A stretch of 64,000 nucleotides of DNA from a virus, in IMG/VR virus record IMGVR_UViG_3300024339_000005; one strand, written 5' to 3'. The notes under the pieces are model-generated. The model saw only the letters and a list, made by a program, of their open reading frames with translations, searched no databases and was not told where the DNA came from. Both the position numbers and the translations under genes were made by a program. Positions 10,432 to 20,668 of this stretch are shown here, in pieces (the first letter of the stretch is position 1; every line of letters starts with the position of its first letter).

Positions 10432-10734
10432 TTACCCTTTGGGATATTTAGTCTTCACGGCTTCAACATGGTCGACCCATGTAGTTGTGCCGTTGATAGA
10501 GTCGTGGTATTGCATATCTAGTTGGTCTGTGATTGAAGCGTATTCAGCAGTCCGGTTATCCGCATAGGTGACTTCGGGTGTTGTATCAACCACTGTAATT
10601 ACAGCGTCACCAGATTCTACTTCTTCTAACATGCAGAGATACCATTTGGTGGCTGTATCTGTGAAAGTTGTTTTCAATTCGTCGTCGTAGAAAGATTCTA
10701 CATTACCATGAATCGTGTGAATATATTCTTTCAT
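10432..10734 (-). CDS. Tail-fibre chaperone-like small protein
   Basis: YADNRTAEYASITDQLDMQYHD....TTTWVDHVEAVKTKYPK. Confidence 0.7.
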   Translation of the reverse strand: MKEYIHTIHGNVESFYDDELKTTFTDTATKWYLCMLEEVESGDAVITVVDTTPEVTYADNRTAEYASITDQLDMQYHDSINGTTTWVDHVEAVKTKYPKG

Positions 10735-10735
10735 T

Positions 10736-11860
10736 TTACATTTCTGCCTTTATCACCATTACGGACGCGCTTGCCGTCGATTGAAGTATTGCCGGGCGGT
10801 ATTGCGTGGTACCACTAGCATGTGTTACAGCCAAAGCCCCATACACAATATCAGTATCCGCGTTCGAAGAAATACTGAGGGCTGATCCTACTCTCCCTGT
10901 CAACGTATCGGCCGAATACCAATGAGCGGCGGTATAGTCACCGAGCGTCGGCGCGGCTCTCATAGGAACAGGGAAACGGACGGTCATTCTTGTGATAGTC
11001 GCCGTTTCTGATATACCATGAGCAAAGGATTTAAAACCACCGGTCGGAACAAGAACATATTGATATCTAAGGCATTTCAAATAATTTTCGTTATATGTTT
11101 CATGGACAAAATCCGTGGCCGAGGAGCCAGCTTCAAATTTAGCATTTGTAAAACCAATATAGTTGTTGGTGGCATCCATCAAATTATCAGCGCCTGTTGT
11201 TGTGTAATGGTCAGTGGTGCCCCATGAGCCGCCGGCATCAGTCCGGGTACTTCCGCCGTATAATCCAACGCTTACCCACAAAGCATCTTCGTAAAGTTCT
11301 CTATCAAAACCTGGGTTTGCATCTGCCGGAATAGATATCGAAACTCTTTGCCATGTATCGGCCGAAGTGATCGTTACTTCTTCCCAATAACTGTATAGGT
11401 TGCCAACATCAACTTGCGTTCTCACTTGCAATGCCAGTGTGGCGGGAAACGTGATAGAACTTGCCCCATCGGCATGGAAAATTATATCCATTGATAGTGT
11501 TGTTGCTTCGATACCTGTCGTATTATTTACTACTGACAGACAATTTTGCGTTTCAATTTTCTGGACAATCTTGAAACCTTCTGTGGAACCAGGCGAGGCG
11601 TCTGCGGTTGTTACAAGTAATTTATGCCATGGATATAATGCTTCCACACCGCCGTCAACTTCCTGGGATGAAGTAACACGCGCGGTCATAGTCCCTGCGC
11701 TTCGCTGTTGCCATTGATCACAGGCCCCAATAGCATTATTGGTAGCGCCGAAAGAAGTCTGGTCACCCAATTGAGCCACTTCCATTCCACCATTAATTAG
11801 CATGTTAGGATTACCACCACTAGCGCCTGCTGTCGCTCTGAAATCGCTATAGGTACTCAT
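10736..11860 (-). CDS. Tail fibre protein
   Basis: NPNMLINGGMEVAQ...KFEAGSSATDFVHE...CLRY...FPVPMRAAPT. Confidence 0.78.
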   Translation of the reverse strand: MSTYSDFRATAGASGGNPNMLINGGMEVAQLGDQTSFGATNNAIGACDQWQQRSAGTMTARVTSSQEVDGGVEALYPWHKLLVTTADASPGSTEGFKIVQKIETQNCLSVVNNTTGIEATTLSMDIIFHADGASSITFPATLALQVRTQVDVGNLYSYWEEVTITSADTWQRVSISIPADANPGFDRELYEDALWVSVGLYGGSTRTDAGGSWGTTDHYTTTGADNLMDATNNYIGFTNAKFEAGSSATDFVHETYNENYLKCLRYQYVLVPTGGFKSFAHGISETATITRMTVRFPVPMRAAPTLGDYTAAHWYSADTLTGRVGSALSISSNADTDIVYGALAVTHASGTTQYRPAILQSTASASVMVIKAEM

Positions 11861-11863
11861 ATC

Positions 11864-13411
11864 TTAAACCTCCGTCAACAGCCAGCCCTGCGTAGTGTTG
11901 AAATACACTAGCGAGAAAGCGGCTCGTTCTGTGGAAACTGTCATATCGGTATTTGATCCTTGAATAGAAATGCTGTTAGCGTCACGCGCCACAGTAATGT
12001 TATTTGTGTCTGCGGTTCCTTGCGTGTCGATAATACGAACCCAATCACCTTGTGTTGGTGTTACAGGCAAGGTCATTGTCACGGCACCACCAGTTGTCGA
12101 AACGAAGTATCTACCACCGGCGACCATCGTTGTGTTTGACGTTGCTGTGTTCCATGTTGTATCGGTCTTGGCGAAGGTAACGGCGTCGTTTGCAATCTTG
12201 ATTGTCGAAACTGCGTTGTTTGCAATCTTGACTGTTGAAACTGCGCTGTCTGCGATCTTGACTGTTGAAACTGCGCTTGCAGATAGTTTAGCCGTGGTCA
12301 CCGATTGGTCTGCGACAACAGCCACATTAGAAGTAAATCCGGTACTACGAATAACAACAGGTACACCGTTCGCTGGTGAAGCGTTCAAGGTGATTGTGTT
12401 ACCAGAAGCGGTATAGTTCAATTCTGAATCTTGAACAACACCACCAACCATAACAAATACGCCGTCTGAGTTTGCGGGTGAAGTTGTTACCGTAAAGGAG
12501 TTAGCGGTACCGTTTGCTGTCCATCTATGAGACTTCCATAGTTTGGCATTCACGGCTATTTTCTCAAACGTCACAGAACCAGTCTGAAGTTTTGATGTTC
12601 CTATGGTATCGTCTGCGGCTGTGACGGTCACATCAGCCGATGATAGACTAATGGTGTAAATCTGTGAGAGGTTGCTAGGCGCGGAAGTGAAGGTTACTGT
12701 ATTGCCGTTGACTGAATAATTTGTCACCGGTGTTTGAATCGCGCCGCCTACCCATACCATAAGGGATGAAGTGTTAGGAGGGCTTGTTGTTACAGTAAAT
12801 TCGGTACAAGCACCAGTGCCTGTAAATTCGTCGTGATCGAGAGAAGCGCCACCGGCTGAACTTTCAGCCCATGATAAGGTACCAGCGCCATCTGTTGTCA
12901 GAGCATATCCGGCTGTTCCGCCGTCGATGTGCAGGCTGGCAACGCTACCGAAGTTTATATTAGCCGATTCAAAGACCGTGTTTGCGCCAGTCCATGTTGT
13001 GTTGGCTGCGATTGAATGAGAATGGTCAAATTGGTTGTTGGCGATTGTGCCTGTAAGGTCGCTGAAATCGTTTACAGCCGAACCCGCTGCCCATTCAAGT
13101 AAACCGGAACCGTTCGTTTGTAGATAGTACCCGCTGGTACCACCCATGATATGTAGGTTGTTCGCTTGTTGGATTATCACATTTGATGTGGCAACAAAAT
13201 CAGTGTTTCCATCAAAGCTGGCGGAAACAGCAATGGTCAGATTGTTGGAACTAGAAGTGTTTGTGGTAAACGTGTTTACGTGTGCGCCAGCAACATGAAG
13301 GTAGTTGTCTTGACCTTGGGTAATGTCATTGATCTTCGTCGCAGTGAGGTTATAATTCGAAACCCACTCTGCGAAAGTATTTTGCACATATACGTTAGAT
13401 AGAAGCGCCAT
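11864..13411 (-). CDS. Baseplate/fibre connector (gp9/gp10-like C-terminal domain)
   Basis: NTFAEWV N-terminus, two V.VGG.xQ Ig-like repeats, AVSTVKIA repeats, C-terminal YFVSTTGGAVTMTLP..P..GD.V.IID...LVY....GW. Confidence 0.7.
   Translation of the reverse strand: MALLSNVYVQNTFAEWVSNYNLTATKINDITQGQDNYLHVAGAHVNTFTTNTSSSNNLTIAVSASFDGNTDFVATSNVIIQQANNLHIMGGTSGYYLQTNGSGLLEWAAGSAVNDFSDLTGTIANNQFDHSHSIAANTTWTGANTVFESANINFGSVASLHIDGGTAGYALTTDGAGTLSWAESSAGGASLDHDEFTGTGACTEFTVTTSPPNTSSLMVWVGGAIQTPVTNYSVNGNTVTFTSAPSNLSQIYTISLSSADVTVTAADDTIGTSKLQTGSVTFEKIAVNAKLWKSHRWTANGTANSFTVTTSPANSDGVFVMVGGVVQDSELNYTASGNTITLNASPANGVPVVIRSTGFTSNVAVVADQSVTTAKLSASAVSTVKIADSAVSTVKIANNAVSTIKIANDAVTFAKTDTTWNTATSNTTMVAGGRYFVSTTGGAVTMTLPVTPTQGDWVRIIDTQGTADTNNITVARDANSISIQGSNTDMTVSTERAAFSLVYFNTTQGWLLTEV
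12185..12280. repeat. Imperfect 30-bp tandem repeat (AVSTVKIAxx)
   Basis: tgc(a/g)atcttga(c/t)tgt(t/c)gaaactgcg, three copies. Confidence 0.8.
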
Positions 13412-13623
13412 TACTTACTTTCCTTCTCAAGCAACATATGGAGCATTGCTTTTATTTCCGACATTTCTGTCTTTAGAGTATTTATATCAGAGGCAGCCTG
13501 TTGGCGTGATAAACGACCAGCTTTATATGATTCAAGTGAAGCCAAATCTGTTGAAAGAATGGCTCCTGAATCCATATCACGGACTTTATATTTGGTGTCT
13601 TCTACATGTGCAAAATTTCTCAT
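13411..13623 (-). CDS. Small virion-module protein
   Basis: VRD..SGAIL.TD...INTLKTEMSEIKAML, the small gene usually following VrlC-like genes in T4-like marine phages. Confidence 0.65.
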   Translation of the reverse strand: MRNFAHVEDTKYKVRDMDSGAILSTDLASLESYKAGRLSRQQAASDINTLKTEMSEIKAMLHMLLEKESK

Positions 13624-13626
13624 ACG

Positions 13627-16600
13627 TTACACCTGTATAGCCAGCGTTCTTAGATCTTTGATACGTGGTACTTGTGAAGTATCAGAACTTAGCAGAACGA
13701 CCTTGATTGCGAATGTAAGGTAACCGGTATATGTGATAGAGTCGGCTACATATTGCACTTCGCTACTACTACCCGTTAGGTTAGCCGTAGGAATGGCATA
13801 TTCAAATTCTTTCCAATCACTTTTCAATTCACTATCAGATACGGTAGTTGTTGAGGTGACCTGAGTCATTTCAACCCATGCTTTGTCTTTGAAAGCACCA
13901 CCGTCTTCACCGTTCTGGATCTTGTAATACACTTCAATGGTCGCAAGGGCTGGATTATATGCTGTCAGATAAACTTTCATATCTTCTGCATCTTGCCCAT
14001 CATCAAGAGTGATTTGACGAGAGATATATTTAGCCAGTGCGGAACCAGCGGCTCCTGTTTCACCCGTTGATACGTTGTTGATTTTGTTTTCAACAGATAT
14101 ATTAGAGATACGCTTGGTATCAATTGCAGGTGATAGAACGTTGGTCGTTGTTGTCAGTGTACCCGTCAATTGATATGACTTTGTGCCACTTTCAGCCGTT
14201 TGACCAAGAATACGTTTTTCAGCCGTCAAGTCATAATTCTCATTGACTTCAATAGCCGTACCAGTTACATCAATAACGTCTGAAGTATTGGTGGTTTTGA
14301 TACTCCATGTGGTTTCTGTACCGTTGAATTTCAATGCTTGAATCTGTGGGTTCATGGTATCAAGAACGATATTATCCATCGCGGTGATCAATACATCCTT
14401 CCCTGAAGTTTGACCCCTGAGATTTTCACCGACAATGAAATCACCCGATACAGCAACCGAAGGTGTTGAACCAAGATGAAGTTTGATATCAGCCGAATCG
14501 TTCGGGTCGTAATACTTGATAACGCCCTGTGGTGTTGATTGGCTTGAAACGTCAAATATACCACCGAGGCTGGTTGTAATGTTTTCGGTGCTACTGAATT
14601 TGGTACCGGTTGGTACATCCTTGACGCTAATTATGTATGGTCCGGCTCCTGATACGGCAGTGATTGTACCGTTAGCGCCAGAGGTAGCGCCAGTCACAAC
14701 ATCACCAACGTTAGCAACGCCAGCAGTATATGTCACGGTAATTTTTGGTTCACCATGAATAACTTCGCCGACGTTCACCGTATTAGCGGCTGACAATTGG
14801 AAAAATTCGGATGCTTCGTTTGTAAGCCTTACGCTGCCTGTTGCAGTTTCATCAAACGCCGCACGGTGAATTGTGAACTTGAGATCTTCAGATTGGTGCT
14901 GAGTCCATGTTCTGTCGTTAGCCGAAGTGAACAGTACACCCGCGGCTGGTTGCTTTGTGATACGAATTGTGGTATCAAAGATATCGAATTCGCCAAGCTC
15001 TGATACCCAAACATTATAGTCGGGTGAGTTACCAGCTGGCTTCAGTACCATCACGTATTCTTGTTCGCTGCGGAGATAAACAGGGCTGTCAAAATGGAAC
15101 GGTGTAACCTTCGCTGCGGTAGTTGAAATATTGATCGCGGCTGGGTACAACGTCTTAGAGCCGAATGGTACGACCTTAGGACCAGGGAGACCGTTTATCA
15201 TTTCACGAATTTCGATCGTGATTGGTAGTGTGGTCGATTTGGTCTGGAAATAGATATCAATCTTAGATACAAAGAGACCGCCGGGTTGACGAACATAGAA
15301 TGATTGAGCGAGTGGGTCAGGTGGACCATTGCCGGGACCGTCAAAACCTGTGGCGTCCCTATTAAATCTATTGATAGCGTTCTGCTGTTCTACATTGACA
15401 ACGGTAACATTGGTTGTAGCTCGGGTAACATTGGTTACGTTGCTAACATTGGTTACGTTAGTAACAGTGGCCGCAGGCGTTCTGCCCACAAAGCGTTCAC
15501 CCGATGTTGTTACAACAGAAACGTCGGACGTTCTGCGAGTATCGCCGACCGTGCCTATCGAAACATCAGGTGTTCTTGTAGAAATAATCGTGTCTTCGGT
15601 TGTTTGAAGAAGACCTGTTGCGTTATAGTTCGCAACGGCGGATGTTGAAACGTCACTGTCCACATTAAGCGGGCTGTCTGTAAGTTTCAGAGATTTCAAA
15701 CCTGTGCGGAATTGAAGTGTGCTATCGTTAGGAATACGGAACACCATCAACAGTTGCCCGTTGGCGTCTGTGACCATACTTGAACCGTAAGACGGTGCAG
15801 TCAATAAGGCTTCGGTAAAGGCTGAAACACTAGCACAGTAGGCACTTACATCTTCATCATCAAAGAAGGCATAGACACGGGTGTTAGGTTTTAGGCTTTC
15901 GGCTGTTACCTGAATGACGCGAGAACGCATAAACGGAATAACAGAAACGTCAACAACTTTAGGACCGATACTCTGTGTCTGAGTACCAGGACGCACGTTT
16001 AACTGAATACCAGTACGAGACTGGCGCTGTGTTGTCGTCGTTGTTCTTGTTGTTTCTGTACGACCAAAGATAGATCCTTGACCGCCACCGGCGAATGTAA
16101 TACGGTTAACACCAACGTCGGCTGTTTCAGAAGAAGTAGAAGAACCCGTCCAGTTAGTTTGCCAATCGTTCCATTGCGTACCCCAGGCGTTTGAGAGAGT
16201 TTCCCATGCGTCCATGTTGCCATCGAAGTTTACTTGAACGTCAGGCTTCTGTGAAGTATCGGTCCAGTTATCTTGGTCAGGATTGAGAGTCATTGTACCA
16301 ACCCAATGGAACAATAGTTCGCCAACTGCGTTGCGTGTCTTAGACGCGAACGGCTGGTGAACTTGAACAGAGTGGGTGTATGGTAGGGTCAATAGTTCGC
16401 CATCAGTAGGCAATTGAATTGCTGTCACTGTGGCTGTTGCGCCAGACGAATCGCCTGTTGCTGTAGTCGAGACTGCCCATGTGCCGGAAGTAATTTCAAT
16501 ATATAAGCGGTCAGTGTTGTCGTGAACAATTTTACCCTGGGCTGTTGCTGCGCCGAGGTTCGCACCCTGATAAACATCTTCACGTATGGTGAAAGTGCCC

Positions 16601-19600
16601 GCAATAGGTGTTACATCAAGACGGGCATCATTAGGCTGAAGCACGATATTGGTCGAGTTGCTTGAGTCATAATCGAGTTCGTTGTTGTATAAAGAAAACT
16701 GAGGTCTTGCAGATTGTTCTTTCTCGTCTATTGCGATTTTGTAATCTGTGTTGGTTACATCACCTTGACCATGCCCAGTAAATGGGTCTACGAACATACC
16801 ATTCTTGAATCTGTCTACGCCAGAACCATCAAGAATTTGAAGTTCGCCAGTATCTTTTTCCAGTAGTGATAGAGAGGTGTAATATTCAAGGTTGTTGATA
16901 CGCTGTTCAAGAACAGAAATATCTTTCATTGTGAAACGTCTGTTATCCATTTGACGAATGGTAGACGATAGTTCTGATCTACCAATGTCACGGGCCACGT
17001 TAGGAGCCAGTGAAGGATAAGGTGGAATAGTAACAACAGCCAGAGACATAGCGGAGTCAATATCTTCCGGTGTCTTAGGCGTTAATGATGGTGCGCCTTT
17101 AAGGACTTTGAATGTTCCCTCAAGGTCAAGAACAACTTTGTCTTTACGACCAAGATAATACTCAAGGTCAAATGTCATGTTCTCGTTCGGTGCTGACATA
17201 TGCACACCAGCAGAAGTAACCTGAAATACGGATGAATTGGCTGGGTTCGTTGTTACAGTGCCAAATGTTGTTGTGCTTATGGCTGTGTTGGCGCGGAACG
17301 GTCGTATATCAATGGAATCCCTCAAATCAAACTGAGCACCAGTTGTTGGTGAAGTGAAGATAGGAATTTCTTTGGTCGTGATTGCGGTCGTGTCAGCCGT
17401 GTTCGCATCATTGATAGGATACGAGTCAACGGAAAGGTAACCGATACCCGATGAGGTATCATGGGTGAAGTGATCCAATTTGATAAGGATATAGTCACCG
17501 GAGGTGATTGTCAGAGTCGATGATGCTTTTTGTTCAAGCAAGGCATGGTCATAATAGTTATCTTTTTGGCCCGTGTCTAATTCGAAATGCGTAGTAACGT
17601 CTGTACCTTCACCGACCGCAGTAAAGGCTGTTGCTTTCTTACGGACTTCAGTGATTTGGTAAACATCAGATAGGCCTAGACCCCAAGGACCAGCAGTTGT
17701 TTCGCTGTGGGTGTCGGTGCGGATCATGACATAACGAGCCTGGTTGCTTGTCTTAGCAATCTCTTGACCGTCAGTCTTTTGAAGTTTCGCTTGGACAGAT
17801 ACCGTAGATGTTCCGGTCAAAGTTTGTAGTACAGTGAACGCCGAACTGGGTGACGAACCGACAATTCCTCGGGTTCCACCTGTAGTGACGCCTGACATAT
17901 CAAGGATGGTTCCAGATTCTAGCCACTTTGTATATGTGTTAGAAGAAAGGTTACCAGGTGCTGTTGTAATAGTCAAAGAAGTTTGGGTTGGGATACCATC
18001 AATGATATATGGACCGTTTCCACCAAGCTTGATTTGGTCACCAACATCAAATTCAGTTTGGAAAGCAGTGCCTATACCAGTCACGGTGCTTGTTGTCAAT
18101 GATGCTGTACCAGTCAGAGCGGTTGTCTCTGCGTTGCTTTTCATTGACACAACGAAACCATCTAGTTTTTGTGTGGCGTTCAAGGCGCCTGTTGCGGCAT
18201 ACACCTCATCGGCTTCACCAGTTGCAACAGCAAATGTGCCGTCTGTCGCCATCGTTACTTCAAAGTCTTTAAGGAATTGGAAGGTGTTATCGATCGAGCC
18301 AGTTGAGTCACGCAGGCGTTTTGTGTAACTTTGTGGAATGGCAAAGACGCTGGTATTGAAACCAGTTTCTTTCAAGACAGCCAAGGATGATTCCAAAACG
18401 GGATCACCGAAAGCATCTGCACCCGAGGAGTTGTCCAGATATATACTTCTCACGGCGCCAAATGTGCCAGAAGTCATCTGAATATCAAAGAGATATAAAC
18501 GATAAACACAAGCCGCATCACCAGGGTCACCTGATTCGTAAACTACAGCCCGGATGTAAGCAGTACCTACTTCAGAGCCAGGAGCCGCTGTAATACCGTA
18601 TGTACCAGATGTAACAGAATCTGCCGCTGTGTCTCTCAAGGAAACGGAAGGGATACCATCAGTATTCCAGATACCCGACATTTCATTGACAAGAACATAG
18701 TTACCATAGTTGGCTGGAATTGGTTGTGCTTCAACCTCAAGAGCATCGGTGCCCTTATCAGTTTCAAGATAGGTAGTTACCAGAGTTTCGTATTCAAAGC
18801 CGTGTACGAATGCTTTACCGGCTTCAACACCGATGGCTAATTTGTTTACGTCACCAGAGTTAGCCAGTGTTAGATAACCAAGGTTTGTGCCATCATTCAA
18901 GTGTTCACGAACACGAATTGGCATTGGTTGTACGGTGTAGTTGCCCGACTCGTCAAATGTACGACGAGCGAATTCTTTGCGTAGTTCCGCATATTGAGTA
19001 CGGTCACCACGGGCTTTCACAACACCAGCATCAATCTGCATCAATTCATAGAAGTCGGTAAGGTCGGTTGTGTTCAAAGATTTCGTAGCCAGTGTGGCTA
19101 CCATCTTGAAACGGTCAGCACCAGGGGCCGCAAAGTTGAATGAACCCTGTGCAGGATCTAACAGAGTGGCGTCTGAGGTAGAATCTACGGTAGATTCCGT
19201 AATTGTGTAACCGATTTTGTATGACGGTGTCGGTGTGTATTTGTCGAGGGTAACAGTCTGCTTAGAAACACGAATGAAGTTTCCTTTGGCATAGATGATA
19301 CCGGCGTCAATAGTAACAGCCGAACCAAGACCAGCCTGTGTTGTTGTGTTTACGACGTTGGCGTTTAGACCTGAGTTAGAGGTCAATACTTCATTAGCCG
19401 AAAATAGTTGTGAGGTATTGTTAGAACCAGAAGAGGTATATTTGACGAACAGAGTATTGTATTCAGGTGCACCAACTTCTGTACCTGCAGCATAACCAAC
19501 AACTTGTGCGGTTACACCACTTGTATTACCAGTGATTGTCGTACCATCGAATAAAGAAGCATCAACAGTACCGCCGCCGTGGTTATCATCGCGCAAATGA

Positions 19601-19830
19601 ACGTAGTTGTATTCGAGGTCGAGTGATAGTTCACAACCAGCAACAATCGTGCCTTCTTTAAAAACGTGGGTACCATGCTTCGCAATCTGGTCCTGTAGAT
19701 AGGATTGAATCTGCGTTAGTTCACGGGCTTGTACCGCGAAACCTGGACGGAACAGAATTCGATGAAAATCGTTGTCTTCATCAAAATCGTCGTAGTACGG
19801 GTCCACATTTAAGTCGGTGGTTAAAGTCAT
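13627..19830 (-). CDS. Large VrlC-like (DUF4815) structural protein
   Basis: LNVDPYYDDFDE...RILFRPGFAVQARELTQIQ, APGADR, ARRTFDESGNY, RFKNG.FVD.F, DPLAQSF, PRIKDLR.LA. Confidence 0.9.
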   Translation of the reverse strand: MTLTTDLNVDPYYDDFDEDNDFHRILFRPGFAVQARELTQIQSYLQDQIAKHGTHVFKEGTIVAGCELSLDLEYNYVHLRDDNHGGGTVDASLFDGTTITGNTSGVTAQVVGYAAGTEVGAPEYNTLFVKYTSSGSNNTSQLFSANEVLTSNSGLNANVVNTTTQAGLGSAVTIDAGIIYAKGNFIRVSKQTVTLDKYTPTPSYKIGYTITESTVDSTSDATLLDPAQGSFNFAAPGADRFKMVATLATKSLNTTDLTDFYELMQIDAGVVKARGDRTQYAELRKEFARRTFDESGNYTVQPMPIRVREHLNDGTNLGYLTLANSGDVNKLAIGVEAGKAFVHGFEYETLVTTYLETDKGTDALEVEAQPIPANYGNYVLVNEMSGIWNTDGIPSVSLRDTAADSVTSGTYGITAAPGSEVGTAYIRAVVYESGDPGDAACVYRLYLFDIQMTSGTFGAVRSIYLDNSSGADAFGDPVLESSLAVLKETGFNTSVFAIPQSYTKRLRDSTGSIDNTFQFLKDFEVTMATDGTFAVATGEADEVYAATGALNATQKLDGFVVSMKSNAETTALTGTASLTTSTVTGIGTAFQTEFDVGDQIKLGGNGPYIIDGIPTQTSLTITTAPGNLSSNTYTKWLESGTILDMSGVTTGGTRGIVGSSPSSAFTVLQTLTGTSTVSVQAKLQKTDGQEIAKTSNQARYVMIRTDTHSETTAGPWGLGLSDVYQITEVRKKATAFTAVGEGTDVTTHFELDTGQKDNYYDHALLEQKASSTLTITSGDYILIKLDHFTHDTSSGIGYLSVDSYPINDANTADTTAITTKEIPIFTSPTTGAQFDLRDSIDIRPFRANTAISTTTFGTVTTNPANSSVFQVTSAGVHMSAPNENMTFDLEYYLGRKDKVVLDLEGTFKVLKGAPSLTPKTPEDIDSAMSLAVVTIPPYPSLAPNVARDIGRSELSSTIRQMDNRRFTMKDISVLEQRINNLEYYTSLSLLEKDTGELQILDGSGVDRFKNGMFVDPFTGHGQGDVTNTDYKIAIDEKEQSARPQFSLYNNELDYDSSNSTNIVLQPNDARLDVTPIAGTFTIREDVYQGANLGAATAQGKIVHDNTDRLYIEITSGTWAVSTTATGDSSGATATVTAIQLPTDGELLTLPYTHSVQVHQPFASKTRNAVGELLFHWVGTMTLNPDQDNWTDTSQKPDVQVNFDGNMDAWETLSNAWGTQWNDWQTNWTGSSTSSETADVGVNRITFAGGGQGSIFGRTETTRTTTTTQRQSRTGIQLNVRPGTQTQSIGPKVVDVSVIPFMRSRVIQVTAESLKPNTRVYAFFDDEDVSAYCASVSAFTEALLTAPSYGSSMVTDANGQLLMVFRIPNDSTLQFRTGLKSLKLTDSPLNVDSDVSTSAVANYNATGLLQTTEDTIISTRTPDVSIGTVGDTRRTSDVSVVTTSGERFVGRTPAATVTNVTNVSNVTNVTRATTNVTVVNVEQQNAINRFNRDATGFDGPGNGPPDPLAQSFYVRQPGGLFVSKIDIYFQTKSTTLPITIEIREMINGLPGPKVVPFGSKTLYPAAINISTTAAKVTPFHFDSPVYLRSEQEYVMVLKPAGNSPDYNVWVSELGEFDIFDTTIRITKQPAAGVLFTSANDRTWTQHQSEDLKFTIHRAAFDETATGSVRLTNEASEFFQLSAANTVNVGEVIHGEPKITVTYTAGVANVGDVVTGATSGANGTITAVSGAGPYIISVKDVPTGTKFSSTENITTSLGGIFDVSSQSTPQGVIKYYDPNDSADIKLHLGSTPSVAVSGDFIVGENLRGQTSGKDVLITAMDNIVLDTMNPQIQALKFNGTETTWSIKTTNTSDVIDVTGTAIEVNENYDLTAEKRILGQTAESGTKSYQLTGTLTTTTNVLSPAIDTKRISNISVENKINNVSTGETGAAGSALAKYISRQITLDDGQDAEDMKVYLTAYNPALATIEVYYKIQNGEDGGAFKDKAWVEMTQVTSTTTVSDSELKSDWKEFEYAIPTANLTGSSSEVQYVADSITYTGYLTFAIKVVLLSSDTSQVPRIKDLRTLAIQV

Positions 19831-19860
19831 TCGCTATACTTTCGTGTCTTCATTCATGTA

Positions 19861-19868
19861 TATTTATA
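19861..19868 (-). promoter_or_regulatory. Late promoter TATAAATA
   Basis: Exact motif 31 nt upstream of the VrlC-like ATG. Confidence 0.8.
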
Positions 19869-20607
19869 ATACTTGGACAAAATAGCCTTTGTATTGTTTT
19901 AGTTTACCACTGGCAACCGAGGACATATTACCAGCATGTAGATTATTTTCTTTACAATATTTCGACATATTCTCTATTATTTCTTCTGTACCATCGGGGT
20001 GTGTGAGTAACCATTTTTTAGTGTTCCTCACGATACCCATTTTACTTTCGCTTAATTTCTTCTTCGATATTGCTGACATAGGAACACCTTTGTTTGGCGC
20101 AGGTCTTCCTGTAGCCTTTTCACTCATTTTCTTCTTTGTTTCATCACTATGTTTTTTACCGTATAGTGGATGATTAATACCAGCGGTTTTACCCCTACGG
20201 TTTCGCCTCATCTTCTCTATGGCTTCGGCACTATGTTTCCTACCGAACATTGGATTTAAATCACCAGAACGGTCTTTACCCCTCCAATGATTATTATCAC
20301 TCATTTTCTTCTTTGTTTCATCACTATGTATGAATAGTCCAGAACCACCTTTATTCATGTTATAGCCATTATCAAAACTGTCGTATTTTTCAACATAAAA
20401 CTTTTCCAGCGCGGTCGCTTCTTCAATAGTTTCTACCGAATCAATTTCTTCTATGGAGAAATTATGGGTCCCTAAAGAAATCATTGCCTCATGTAAATCA
20501 TAACCACTTTTCTTATGTTCATCAAAGCGCCCCTCAATTGTATTCTTAGTAAGCCCGATATAGTTCTTGTCGTTTTTAATGTTCGTTATTCTGTAAATAT
20601 GATACAT
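19864..20607 (-). CDS. GIY-YIG homing endonuclease with NUMOD3 repeats
   Basis: HIYRITNIKNDKNYIG.T...RF..H...GYNMNKGG; several HSDETKKKMS repeats; own late promoter at 20631-20638. Confidence 0.9.
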   Translation of the reverse strand: MYHIYRITNIKNDKNYIGLTKNTIEGRFDEHKKSGYDLHEAMISLGTHNFSIEEIDSVETIEEATALEKFYVEKYDSFDNGYNMNKGGSGLFIHSDETKKKMSDNNHWRGKDRSGDLNPMFGRKHSAEAIEKMRRNRRGKTAGINHPLYGKKHSDETKKKMSEKATGRPAPNKGVPMSAISKKKLSESKMGIVRNTKKWLLTHPDGTEEIIENMSKYCKENNLHAGNMSSVASGKLKQYKGYFVQVL

Positions 20608-20630
20608 GATAATTCCTTTGTTGTATCATG

Positions 20631-20638
20631 TATTTATA
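20631..20638 (-). promoter_or_regulatory. Late promoter TATAAATA
   Basis: Exact motif upstream of the endonuclease. Confidence 0.75.
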
Positions 20639-20668
20639 AGAATTTAGAATTGTATAACGCTTTTGACA

